52,257 nucleotides of DNA from an uncultured Bacilli bacterium (lineage in GTDB: Bacteria; Bacillota_I; Bacilli_A; RFN20; CAG-826). The stretch spans positions 1-52,257 of the forward strand of contig CALVPP010000003.1 of NCBI GenBank assembly GCA_944351395.1, written 5' to 3'. A model generated the notes under the pieces. That model did no database searches, had not been told where the DNA came from, and was given only the letters and a program-made list of their open reading frames with translations. Made by a program: the position numbers and the translations under genes. The first letter of the stretch is position 1; each line of letters opens with the position of its first letter. Of this stretch, positions 1-9,093 are shown piece after piece.

Positions 1-80
1 ATAAAATGTTCAAATAAATTCACATAAAAACGGTTTAAAACTTAACTCCATTTTTTTGCAAAAACGGGGAACTCAAATAT

Positions 81-109
81 AAAAGAAAGAGAGCCTACAT
101 AAGACTCTC
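81..109 (-). terminator. Intrinsic terminator after tig-lon-engB
   Basis: Minus strand GAGAGTCT-tatgt-AGGCTCTC followed by TTTCTTTT, 20 nt after the engB stop. Confidence 0.75.
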
Positions 110-128
110 CATTCTCTTTACATCTTGA

Positions 129-719
129 TTACAAATGAGATTGAATTATATTGCGTAGTGTCTCTACACCTCTTCCATCATTTGAAGAAGTAAAGACAAT
201 TTCTTCTTTTGGAATGTTATAAATATCCATGAGCATCTTAGTCGCTTTCGCTCTTTCTTTTTGATTACCTAAATCACTTTTAGTGAAGATGAGACGAAAT
301 GGAATGTGACATTTGATTAAGTAATCAATCATCAATTTATCATCTTCGTTTACATGTCTTCTCACATCTAATAAGACGATAGCGAAACGCAAATAATTAC
401 TCTTCTTAAAATAATTGTCCATGAGCATAGCGAACAATTTGTAATGATTTTTGTCGCGCGCACTAAAGCCATATCCTGGTGCGTCGACGAGATAAAAAGT
501 ATCGTCGATGAGAAAATAATTAAGAAGAGTTGTATGGCCAGGCTTTTTGGAAACGAACGCAAGTTGCTTACGATTCGTAATGGCGTTGATGATGCTAGAT
601 TTCCCGACGTTACTTCTCCCTAAGAAAAGAATTTCATTCAAACGAGGAGAAGGAAAATCCATGTCCACAGACACAGATTTTACAAATTTGACATCATTAA
701 AATCTATCATCTTCGCCAT
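129..719 (-). CDS. engB: Ribosome biogenesis GTPase EngB/YsxC/YihA
   Basis: GRSNVGKSS (G1), KKPGHT (G2), DAPGYG (G3), TKSD (G4); directly downstream of lon. Confidence 0.96.
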   Translation of the reverse strand: MAKMIDFNDVKFVKSVSVDMDFPSPRLNEILFLGRSNVGKSSIINAITNRKQLAFVSKKPGHTTLLNYFLIDDTFYLVDAPGYGFSARDKNHYKLFAMLMDNYFKKSNYLRFAIVLLDVRRHVNEDDKLMIDYLIKCHIPFRLIFTKSDLGNQKERAKATKMLMDIYNIPKEEIVFTSSNDGRGVETLRNIIQSHL

Positions 720-723
720 ATTT

Positions 724-3096
724 TCATTGTTTAATTGCTACTTTTAAAGCGTCATCGACATTTTTCATGTAGATGATGTTAAGATTATCTTTCACTTCTT
801 GCGGAAGTTCTTCGACACTCTTTTCATTCTCTTTTGGAACGATGATAGTTTTGATACCGCTTCTTAATGCAGCAAGAGATTTTTCTCTTAATCCACCAAT
901 AGGTAAGGCGTTACCACGTAAAGTTACTTCACCAGTCATCGCGACATTATTATCGACCGGCTTATGAGTAAGACAAGAATAAATGGCGGTAGAAATTGCT
1001 ACGCCTGCACTCGGACCATCTTTTGGAATAGCGCCTTCTGGGAAATGGATGTGGATATCATTTTTTTCAAAGATTTCGCTATTAATGCCGTAACGTGCGG
1101 CATTTGCTTTGACGTAGTCTAAAGCAATAGAAGCACTTTCCTTCATGACATCACCTAATTTACCAGTGAGAATGAGACCACCTTTGCCTGGGAAGTAATT
1201 TACTTCTATCGGTAAAATATCGCCACCGAATTGCGTATAGGCTAAACCAGTGACCACCCCTACTTGAGCTTCTTTTTCTTTCTCGCTCGAATCGAATATT
1301 TCGACACCTAAATATTTTTTTACCGCTTTTTCATCTACATCGACATGTTCGATAGATGGATCGGTGATAAGTTCGACATCAATTTTGCGCATGATGCTCG
1401 CGATTTGACGTTCTAATTCACGGACACCTGCTTCGCGAGTATAACGTTCAATGATGTAAAGTATCGCATCTTTCGTAAATGTTACTTGTTCTTCTTTTAA
1501 ACCATTTTCTAGAAGTTGCTTTTTGACGAGGTGACGCATAGCAATCTCGCATTTTTCTAGTGTCGTATAAGAAGGCACCTCGATGAGTTCTAATCTATCG
1601 CGCAATGGTTCAGGAACATTTTCTAAATAGTTCGCAGTAGCGATGAATAAAACATTACTTAAATCGTATGGTTCTTCTAAATAATTGTCGTTAAAGGCAA
1701 CATTTTGTTCAGGATCTAATACTTCTAATAAAGCACTGCTTGGATCACCTTTATAAGAACTAGATAATTTATCTACTTCGTCTAATAAGAAAACTGGATT
1801 GATCGTTCCACATCTTTTCATACCAGATATGATTCTTCCGGGCATCGAACCGACGTAAGTTCTTCTATGACCTCTAATCTCAGCTTCATCGCTTATCCCG
1901 CCTAATGAAGCCTTGAAAAATTTTCGTCCTAATGCTTTAGCGATGGAACGTCCTAACGATGTTTTACCACATCCTGGCGGACCATAAAAGCATAAAATAG
2001 GGGCTTTTAAATTTCCTGTCATCTTCTTGACAGCGAGATATTCGACGATTCTTTTCTTCACTTTATCAAGACCATAATGGTCTTCATCAAGAATTTTTTT
2101 CACGTTTTCTAAATCGTCATTATCTTCCGTCTTTTGATACCATGGAACATTCATCAAAGTATCGATGTAAGATTTGATGAGCGATGCTTCGAGTGTTCCT
2201 TGCGGCATTAATTCATAGCGTTTTAATTCCGCTTTAACTTTCGCTTTGACATGCTCTGGATAAGGATTCTTTTCTAATTTATCTAGAATTGATTCCTCGC
2301 TATCGTCACCATCGACATCTTCACCTAATTCGCGCTTAATCGCTTTTAACTTTTCGCGCAAATAATATTCTTTTTGCGTCTTCGCGGTCGATTCGCCAAT
2401 TTTCACATTCAGTTCTTTTTCGATTTCTCCCATCGCTTTCTCTTTTTCAGCATAAGAGATGATGAGCTCTAGTCGTTTTGTTAAATTTAACGTTTCTAGA
2501 ACATTCTGTCTTTCTTCATTAGTAATAGAAAGATAATTTGCCACTGCATCAGCGAACATCTCGGGATCGTTCGTCTTCATCATTTGAGCGAGGAAATTAC
2601 GAGGAAAACGAGTGATGTAATCTGGTAATTTCGTCATCGATTCTGAAAGACGTTTGATGAGCATCGCTGTCGTTTTAGCGTCGCCCTCTTCGCTTACGAT
2701 AGTTTCACCAGAAACGGCATAAAAGTTGTTCGCTTCCGTCGGCATGAAAATCTTTTCAATTTTGAAACGACAAAGTGGTTCTAAACGTGTGCGAACATAG
2801 CCTTTATCTTTTACTTGATTGACGTTTACGATACGGCACAAAGTGCCTATTTCATAAATTTCATCTTCCTTAGGAAGATCAATATCGAATTGTTTTTGAG
2901 AGACACTTACGATGAGACTACCTTCAATATCTTTTGCTTTAAGGACAGCGTTCATCGAAAAATCTCGACCCGCTTCGACAGATTGTGGGTTACCATCTGG
3001 AAGGATGACAAGTCCTCTCGTGATGAGGAGCATGAGATCGAGATGGGTTGGTACTTGGGGATGAGAAAATGGGTTGTCATTAAAATTATCAGCCAT
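724..3096 (-). CDS. lon: ATP-dependent Lon protease
   Basis: Walker A GPPGCGKTS, GHRRTYVGSMPG, LLDEVDK, catalytic PKDGPSAG and IGGLREK; RBS AAGGAGG. Confidence 0.98.
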   Translation of the reverse strand: MADNFNDNPFSHPQVPTHLDLMLLITRGLVILPDGNPQSVEAGRDFSMNAVLKAKDIEGSLIVSVSQKQFDIDLPKEDEIYEIGTLCRIVNVNQVKDKGYVRTRLEPLCRFKIEKIFMPTEANNFYAVSGETIVSEEGDAKTTAMLIKRLSESMTKLPDYITRFPRNFLAQMMKTNDPEMFADAVANYLSITNEERQNVLETLNLTKRLELIISYAEKEKAMGEIEKELNVKIGESTAKTQKEYYLREKLKAIKRELGEDVDGDDSEESILDKLEKNPYPEHVKAKVKAELKRYELMPQGTLEASLIKSYIDTLMNVPWYQKTEDNDDLENVKKILDEDHYGLDKVKKRIVEYLAVKKMTGNLKAPILCFYGPPGCGKTSLGRSIAKALGRKFFKASLGGISDEAEIRGHRRTYVGSMPGRIISGMKRCGTINPVFLLDEVDKLSSSYKGDPSSALLEVLDPEQNVAFNDNYLEEPYDLSNVLFIATANYLENVPEPLRDRLELIEVPSYTTLEKCEIAMRHLVKKQLLENGLKEEQVTFTKDAILYIIERYTREAGVRELERQIASIMRKIDVELITDPSIEHVDVDEKAVKKYLGVEIFDSSEKEKEAQVGVVTGLAYTQFGGDILPIEVNYFPGKGGLILTGKLGDVMKESASIALDYVKANAARYGINSEIFEKNDIHIHFPEGAIPKDGPSAGVAISTAIYSCLTHKPVDNNVAMTGEVTLRGNALPIGGLREKSLAALRSGIKTIIVPKENEKSVEELPQEVKDNLNIIYMKNVDDALKVAIKQ

Positions 3097-3134
3097 TATT
3101 TTATCCTCCTTTTTAAATAAAAATTTAATTTGTT

Positions 3135-4412
3135 TTAGTCGTTATGATTAATTAAGAAGTCTTCGATTCGTTTCGTACGGACACTAGAGGTGAAACGATC
3201 CATGTCTTTAGCAATCATCTCTTTTACCTTATCGAATTCCATCTTATAGGCGTCAGCGATTTTAGCAATCTCAAAATCGATTTCTTCTGGAGTGACGTTA
3301 AGTTCTTCTAATTCCGCTACTTTCTCCATGATGAGAACGGTGCGAATGTTCTTATCCGCTTCTTTCTTCAATGTCTCATTTAATTGTTCTTCACTTTGAC
3401 CAGTGATGGAGAGGTATTGTTCTAAATTCATGCCTGCTTGAGCAGCTTGGCGAGCGACGTTATCTTTCATAGCGTGCACTTCTTCTTCGATAATTTCATC
3501 ATCGATAGTCATTTGACTATCTTTGATAATTGCATCGATTAATTTTTCCCAATATGCACGACGCGCATCTTGTTCTTTATGGGATTTAAGATGTGCTTCT
3601 TCGTAGCCTTTTAATGCTTCGACGGTTTCAACACCTTTAATGTCGAGTTCTTTGACCGCTTCATCATTTAATTCTGGCACTTTCTTCGCTCTAACTTCAT
3701 GCACTTTAATTTTGAATGTAGCGTCCTTGCCTTTTAATGATTCGACGTATTGTTCTGGGAAGGTGACTTGGATATCTTTTTCGTCGTCCTTTTTCACGCC
3801 GACTAGTTGTTCTTCAAAGCCTGGAATGAAAGAGTGAGAACCAAGTTCTAGTGAATAATTTTCTGCCTTACCGCCTTCGAAAGGTTTACCGTCGATGAAA
3901 CCTTCGAAATCGATGACGACTGTATCACCTAGTTCAGCTGCGCCTTCTTTTAAGACTAATTCAGCATTTTGTTCCATACGTGCCTTCATCGCGTGTTCTA
4001 CTTCTTCTGGCGTCACTTTTACTTCTTCTTTACCGAGGTGATGTTCTTTATATTTACCGATATTCACTTTCGGTGCGGTAAGAATTTTAAATGATAAAGT
4101 TAAATCTTCGTCGCTAAGCTTTGTCACATCGACGCTAGGACGAGCGAACGGGCGAAGTTTTTCTTCATCTAACACTTCTTTAAAAGTGGCTGGTAAAAGA
4201 TCGTTAATAGCCTCATTAAATAATTGACCTTGATCGATATGTTTTTTAGCAACTTCAGCTGGGACTTTACCTTTCCTAAAGCCTTTAACGCTCACATTTT
4301 TCGCTAACTTTTCTAGCGCTTTCTCTTGAGCTTTTTTCCATACGTCTCTATCGACTTCGACTTCGACGACATAATGTGATTCTTTAATTTGATTGACAGT
4401 TCTTTTAGACAT
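3135..4412 (-). CDS. tig: Trigger factor
   Basis: Ribosome-binding GFRKGKVP, FKBP domain (DFEGFIDGKPFEGG, FIPGFEEQL); RBS AAGGAGG. Confidence 0.98.
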   Translation of the reverse strand: MSKRTVNQIKESHYVVEVEVDRDVWKKAQEKALEKLAKNVSVKGFRKGKVPAEVAKKHIDQGQLFNEAINDLLPATFKEVLDEEKLRPFARPSVDVTKLSDEDLTLSFKILTAPKVNIGKYKEHHLGKEEVKVTPEEVEHAMKARMEQNAELVLKEGAAELGDTVVIDFEGFIDGKPFEGGKAENYSLELGSHSFIPGFEEQLVGVKKDDEKDIQVTFPEQYVESLKGKDATFKIKVHEVRAKKVPELNDEAVKELDIKGVETVEALKGYEEAHLKSHKEQDARRAYWEKLIDAIIKDSQMTIDDEIIEEEVHAMKDNVARQAAQAGMNLEQYLSITGQSEEQLNETLKKEADKNIRTVLIMEKVAELEELNVTPEEIDFEIAKIADAYKMEFDKVKEMIAKDMDRFTSSVRTKRIEDFLINHND

Positions 4413-4471
4413 AAAATTGCCTCCTTTACGCCATACAATATAAAGAAAGCAATTAAAAATGCCTAGTAAAA

Positions 4472-5410
4472 CTAGCGTTTTGTTGAATTATTCGTCTCTT
4501 TATTTATTATTTCATCAATTTCGTGACGGATTTTTGGTAGTAATTTTTCTTGTTCATCATTTAGTTCATATTTGTCTTTAACATTCATCAGTTCGCAAGC
4601 GATACGATTTAAGATGAAGAATGCATCATTAGGTAATAAGACATCGTCATCTAAAAAATGTTCTAGATAATAATTTTGGATGAGTGAAGTCGTAATAGAA
4701 GAAACGCCGACGTCGAAAAGTTCTTTTTGATTAATTTTAATCGCTTGATGCATGTAGGAATTAGGAAGGAAAATATTTTTATCGCTGTGGATGGGAAAAA
4801 ACACTTTTTTACCGTGATAAACGAGTTCTATTTCATCTTTTAATACTTCTGGTGCAGAAAGTAATGATGCGAGTATAAATCTTTTAAGTTCATCGCTCGT
4901 CTTTTCGTCATTTAATCTCATATTTAATTTGTCTAAGAAAGATGGGATGAGATTTTCCTTTAGAGCTAATTCTAAAGATTTAACAAACGAGGTAGAATCA
5001 TCGCTATCGAGTCCTTTTCTTATCGTTTCTAAAGTATCTGGTTTCTTTTCATCCATCGCTTTTAAAATACGTTTCTTATTTTCCATAATTGCATCTAAGA
5101 CAGCAACATTAGTGTAAGGGAGTTCCCTCAAATCTTCGATAGCTTGTAGCGCTAAAGAATAATTATTTTCTTTTAAAAAAGAATCGATGTATAAATCGAC
5201 GAAACGCTCACCAATTTTACTAACGAATAAATAAAGATGATTTCTCACTAAATCATGGAATGCTTCATTTTGTCCTAAATGATAAAACGCTAACGCGCGA
5301 TAGATGATACTTATTTCATCTTCTTTATTCTCGCTTAATCTTATGACATCTTGATATTTTTTATTTTTAAATAAGGTGATAATCATCTTTTCTCTTTCAT
5401 CCATTACCAT
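4472..5410 (-). CDS. Hypothetical alpha-helical/TPR-like protein (position of YsoA upstream of tig)
   Basis: 312-aa ORF; TPR-like segment YRALAFYHLGQNE and YSLALQAIEDLRELPY; overlaps the upstream ORF; family assignment is inference from synteny. Confidence 0.7.
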   Translation of the reverse strand: MVMDEREKMIITLFKNKKYQDVIRLSENKEDEISIIYRALAFYHLGQNEAFHDLVRNHLYLFVSKIGERFVDLYIDSFLKENNYSLALQAIEDLRELPYTNVAVLDAIMENKKRILKAMDEKKPDTLETIRKGLDSDDSTSFVKSLELALKENLIPSFLDKLNMRLNDEKTSDELKRFILASLLSAPEVLKDEIELVYHGKKVFFPIHSDKNIFLPNSYMHQAIKINQKELFDVGVSSITTSLIQNYYLEHFLDDDVLLPNDAFFILNRIACELMNVKDKYELNDEQEKLLPKIRHEIDEIINKETNNSTKR

Positions 5411-6075
5411 ATTTCTTTTTCCTCCACTTCGAAATCATCTGGGTAAAAATCTTCATGCGTTACCGAACCGAAAATAGGCTTATCGTCTTCAAAAAGTTCA
5501 ACATCTTGAAAACAATATATTTTATGTCCCCAATCGTCCACTATTACATCATTAAATATTTTTTTCACTTCTTCATCTAATGTGAAAGTAACATATATCT
5601 CTATTTGACCAACGCGCAAAGATCTTAAACCCTTTAAACATACTTTTTCTATTTTCTTTAAAAGGCCAACTTCATTAAATGCGTCATAGATGTATTTTCC
5701 TTCGCTAAGAAGATAATTTGTACAATCTTCAATAATCGTCGGGAATTCATCATAAAGTTTATAAATTCTTGAGACTATATCTTTTTCAATTACTTCACTA
5801 TTTTCTATGAATGCACTCTCATCTAAATATTTCGCGTACAATTTCTTACCTTTGGTATTGATATAGTGAGTGATGTGATCAATATACTGTCTAAAAGACA
5901 AGTTCTTTTTTAAAAGGTGCTTATATTCTTTTTCTAACTGCTTACGCAAAGCCACTTTCGCTTTTGCAAATTCATTATATGGAGCGAAATCTAATAAATA
6001 GGTGTTAGATAAACTATTATGTAATTTAATCTTATTCGCCGTCGGTCTTTTTTCAAAAATTTCCTTATAAAGCAT
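5404..6075 (-). CDS. Hypothetical protein
   Basis: 223-aa ORF with an extended -10 immediately upstream; no recognised family; C-terminal FQDVELF...FGSVTHE segment. Confidence 0.7.
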   Translation of the reverse strand: MLYKEIFEKRPTANKIKLHNSLSNTYLLDFAPYNEFAKAKVALRKQLEKEYKHLLKKNLSFRQYIDHITHYINTKGKKLYAKYLDESAFIENSEVIEKDIVSRIYKLYDEFPTIIEDCTNYLLSEGKYIYDAFNEVGLLKKIEKVCLKGLRSLRVGQIEIYVTFTLDEEVKKIFNDVIVDDWGHKIYCFQDVELFEDDKPIFGSVTHEDFYPDDFEVEEKEIW

Positions 6076-6081
6076 GAGTTT

Positions 6082-6090
6082 ATTTTAACA
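6082..6090 (-). promoter_or_regulatory. Extended -10 promoter, probable leaderless transcript
   Basis: TGtTAAAAT 6 nt upstream of the ATG at 6075; no SD. Confidence 0.6.
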
Positions 6091-6275
6091 CTTCTTACAA
6101 TAAAAGAAAAAAACGTGAGTACTCTTATAATTAAGTTGCCTATTCGCATAACGACATTAATATAGCCTTAAAGCAAGCGAAACGAAAATGATATAGATTT
6201 TAAACTTTAAGATTCTAAAATTTCTTGGTGCATTAAGAATTTAATATAATTACAAAAAATCTTTCTTTTATAAAT

Positions 6276-6296
6276 AAAAAACGGGAATTTTTCCCG
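6276..6296 (-). terminator. Intrinsic terminator downstream of tRNA-Arg and the small hairpin
   Basis: CGGGAA-aaa-TTCCCG followed by TTTTTT on the minus strand. Confidence 0.75.
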
Positions 6297-6336
6297 CATT
6301 TAGATGGACCCCAGAGATCCTTTCCCTGTGCCCAAC
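6276..6336 (-). ncRNA. Candidate small structured RNA (hairpin plus terminator)
   Basis: GC-rich 30-nt hairpin at 6305-6334, TGGGC-A-CAGGGA-aagga-TCTCTG-GG-GTCCA, in an AT-rich spacer, followed by the terminator. Confidence 0.35.
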
Positions 6337-6400
6337 GTTATAACAATATGATTTTACAAGATTTGCAATGTTTTTATCGATAAAAGTTTTTTAAGATTTG

Positions 6401-6477
6401 TGGCGCCCTCAAAGCGACTCGAACGCTTGACCTACGGCTTAGAAGGCCGTTGCTCTATCCAACTGAGCTATGAGGGC
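6401..6477 (-). tRNA. tRNA-Arg (anticodon UCU)
   Basis: 77-nt cloverleaf: acceptor GCCCTCA/TGAGGGC, anticodon arm ACGGC-CTTCTAA-GCCGT, T arm AAGCG-TTCGAGT-CGCTT, encoded CCA. Confidence 0.98.
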
Positions 6478-6488
6478 GACTAAGCAAT

Positions 6489-6516
6489 ATTATAGATAAA
6501 TTCACATAAATTTCAA
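6489..6516 (-). promoter_or_regulatory. Sigma-A promoter of tRNA-Arg
   Basis: TTGAAA-16 nt-TATAAT. Confidence 0.65.
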
Positions 6517-6666
6517 TAAAACTTTGCGTAGCCATTTAGTTAGTAAATAACTAGGTGTTAGAAGTATCTTTAACTTTTGATTGAAAATAAATTAGTTACG
6601 CAAAAGCATATATAATTTAGTGATATTTTTTTCTAAAAATGTGCATTACTTAAGAACAATTATAAG

Positions 6667-6687
6667 AAAAGCCGTCATTTGACGGCT
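6667..6687 (-). terminator. Intrinsic terminator of the OB-fold lipoprotein gene
   Basis: Inverted repeat AGCCGTCA/TGACGGCT with a T tract on the minus strand. Confidence 0.8.
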
Positions 6688-6712
6688 CTATCTATGATTT
6701 ATTCAAATTAAA

Positions 6713-8938
6713 TTAGTAAGAGAACGCTTGATCGTTATAGATGATTGTACCATCTGTTAGCTCTACATAAATGATGCAAAGTTTATAGAATGTTTTTTCA
6801 TTCCAATTGCATGGTGCAACTGCATAAGTTAACGTTTGCCCACTATAATCTTTTAACCAATTGTATTGATTTGCGCTAGAAGTATAAAGTTCACCTTTAC
6901 CGCTTTCGTCTTCAAGATGACATGAGGTATAGTAAATATGATCTTCCCAAATAAATTGGCCTTCTATGACGTAAACTTCATTGGTGTGGTCTTCGCTGAC
7001 GTCTAATGAACGGATGTAAGCAAAATCTTTATCTAAAATGTAGAAATCAGTTGGTATTTCGTTATCGCCGAATAGATTTAATAATATTTCTCCACTGCTA
7101 ATCGCACATTGTCCTGCGATATTAGATTTTGCACCTTCTTGTATTCTTGTACCTCTTAAAATGACTTCGTCACCAGCTTTAACAGTGTTCATGCTTTCAC
7201 TAGGTACTAAGACTGCGATGATGGCGTGTTCATCTGTCAAATAGAAACCAACTTGGTTGACAAGAGCGCTTAATACGATGCCTCGTACTGTTACTTCACT
7301 ATTCAATTCGCTATCGATCGCTTCGCTTACAGTAATAGTGTCATACATTGGCTCATCATTTACGATGATTTTGTATGTTCTTTCATCTCTGTACGTGGAA
7401 TAATTTACAGTCGCGGTCACGATTACTTCCCCAGTAATTGTGTTATTGACATGCATATAAGTTTTGTCTTCCACAGTGCTAAAATAGAGAGATTCTTCAT
7501 TAGATGATGTATAAGCAATAGTAGCGTTTTCAAAACCTAATAAATCATTACTAACTGAAGTTAAGACTTCCATATTTGGATCACTATAATAATAGTTGAC
7601 CTCAAATTGTTCATCGACATAGTAATCTAAGACCATAGTTGGTGTATTTGAGATATCAAACTGATAATTATTGTCACTCACCTTGACTGGCAAGAATCTA
7701 GATGTCAAACCGCTTTGTTCACTCTTGTAATTTAAGACGGTAATATATACTTCGCAAATTTTGCCATCAAATTCTTTTAGCCAAGAGAAATCTCTGCCGC
7801 TAGCTTGAGAGTATGCATAACTTCCGGTCGTTCCATCAATATCGAAAAAATAGAAGTTCGTAAAATTACTTCCTGGTCTTTCCTCAATAAGAGCGTTTAC
7901 CTTATAAAGTGAAGTCGTGAAGTTAAATTCACTTATATCGTGTTTGACCAAATCTTTGATAGTCGATTCAATAACCCAGGTCGTATCAAATTCGTGATTA
8001 CCATTGTCATTGCTAATGATCGTTGCATCCACGACTTGAACGCAACCATCATAACCATAAAGTTCCGCGTTGTTTTGCTCAGTATCTAAAATCCAATTGT
8101 CTCTCTTTGCAGCAATTTGAATTAGATTCCCAACTTCTACTTGCGGAGCAATTTGATTATCATAAACGTAAATTGAATTTGTTTCATCCACTAAAATAAA
8201 TCCAACAGGATTTAACGCGTCATTATAAGTAAACCTTGCCACGACGCCATCGATTTTGACGAGCGCACCTTCGCTAGCGTTTCTCGCTTCTAAGATAGAC
8301 ATCTCTTCATAATCATCTACGCTAATGTCAGGGCTGTTATGTGTGAAAGAAATAATCCAACCAGAATAGATTTGAGGTGTACCTTTATATGTGTTGATGT
8401 TTCCATAGAGCAAAACATCATCGCCTGCGACTGGTTTTTCTTCTAAATCGCTATAACGAATTTCACCTGTCGAATCATAAGTACCATACACTGCAATTTC
8501 CCCAGTCGCATCACTTATTACCATTTCGCCATAGGTTGGATTAGAGACCGTCTCTATTTTTCCTTCGACATAGTATCTTTCTTGAGACGCGCCATTTGGA
8601 TAATTAGCAGCAAGAGCGATTAACTCATTGATAAAATAATATCGCCATTTCGCGTGTATCGTCATATTAGCGTCGATTATTTCACTAAAATCAAAGGCGA
8701 TAGTAAGATTAGCGTCTTCGTACCATCCATCAAAGACATAACCTGCTTTGGTTGGATCGATAGGTTCGCTAATCGTGTTCCCTTCTTCAACAGTTACGCT
8801 ATCGACCGCAGAACCACCATTAGAATTAAAAGTAACGGTATAGATTTCTGGTTCATCTGCAGGGTCGCCGCAACTGGAAGAAAAAAATAACGTGCCTAAA
8901 GTTACGACACACGCAAGAAAAAAAGGAACTTTTTTCAT
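6713..8938 (-). CDS. Acidic surface lipoprotein with an InlB B-repeat (Listeria-Bacteroides repeat) and several OB-fold-like repeats
   Basis: Signal peptide with lipobox-like FSSSC; YTVTFNSNGGS...PTKAGYVFDGWY...IHAKW repeat; recurring (V/Y)xVxGxV...GFxLxD...IxV...V(E/K)xGxx(V/I) units; RBS GGAGG. Confidence 0.8.
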   Translation of the reverse strand: MKKVPFFLACVVTLGTLFFSSSCGDPADEPEIYTVTFNSNGGSAVDSVTVEEGNTISEPIDPTKAGYVFDGWYEDANLTIAFDFSEIIDANMTIHAKWRYYFINELIALAANYPNGASQERYYVEGKIETVSNPTYGEMVISDATGEIAVYGTYDSTGEIRYSDLEEKPVAGDDVLLYGNINTYKGTPQIYSGWIISFTHNSPDISVDDYEEMSILEARNASEGALVKIDGVVARFTYNDALNPVGFILVDETNSIYVYDNQIAPQVEVGNLIQIAAKRDNWILDTEQNNAELYGYDGCVQVVDATIISNDNGNHEFDTTWVIESTIKDLVKHDISEFNFTTSLYKVNALIEERPGSNFTNFYFFDIDGTTGSYAYSQASGRDFSWLKEFDGKICEVYITVLNYKSEQSGLTSRFLPVKVSDNNYQFDISNTPTMVLDYYVDEQFEVNYYYSDPNMEVLTSVSNDLLGFENATIAYTSSNEESLYFSTVEDKTYMHVNNTITGEVIVTATVNYSTYRDERTYKIIVNDEPMYDTITVSEAIDSELNSEVTVRGIVLSALVNQVGFYLTDEHAIIAVLVPSESMNTVKAGDEVILRGTRIQEGAKSNIAGQCAISSGEILLNLFGDNEIPTDFYILDKDFAYIRSLDVSEDHTNEVYVIEGQFIWEDHIYYTSCHLEDESGKGELYTSSANQYNWLKDYSGQTLTYAVAPCNWNEKTFYKLCIIYVELTDGTIIYNDQAFSY

Positions 8939-9093
8939 ATTTTTTTACCTCCGCTGATTTGATTTTAACATTTAGGCAATACATAAAAATAGCCATGTAT
9001 TTTAACAAAATTTATGTTAAAATATTTTAATGCCATTTATTTAATAAAGTTACGTTTTAGGAGCGCGTTCTTTTATTACTACCATCCCTACAC

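Noticed and set aside
6080-8990. Integrative element at tRNA-Arg
   Set aside because: No integrase and no duplicated tRNA 3' end found; at most an old accessory patch
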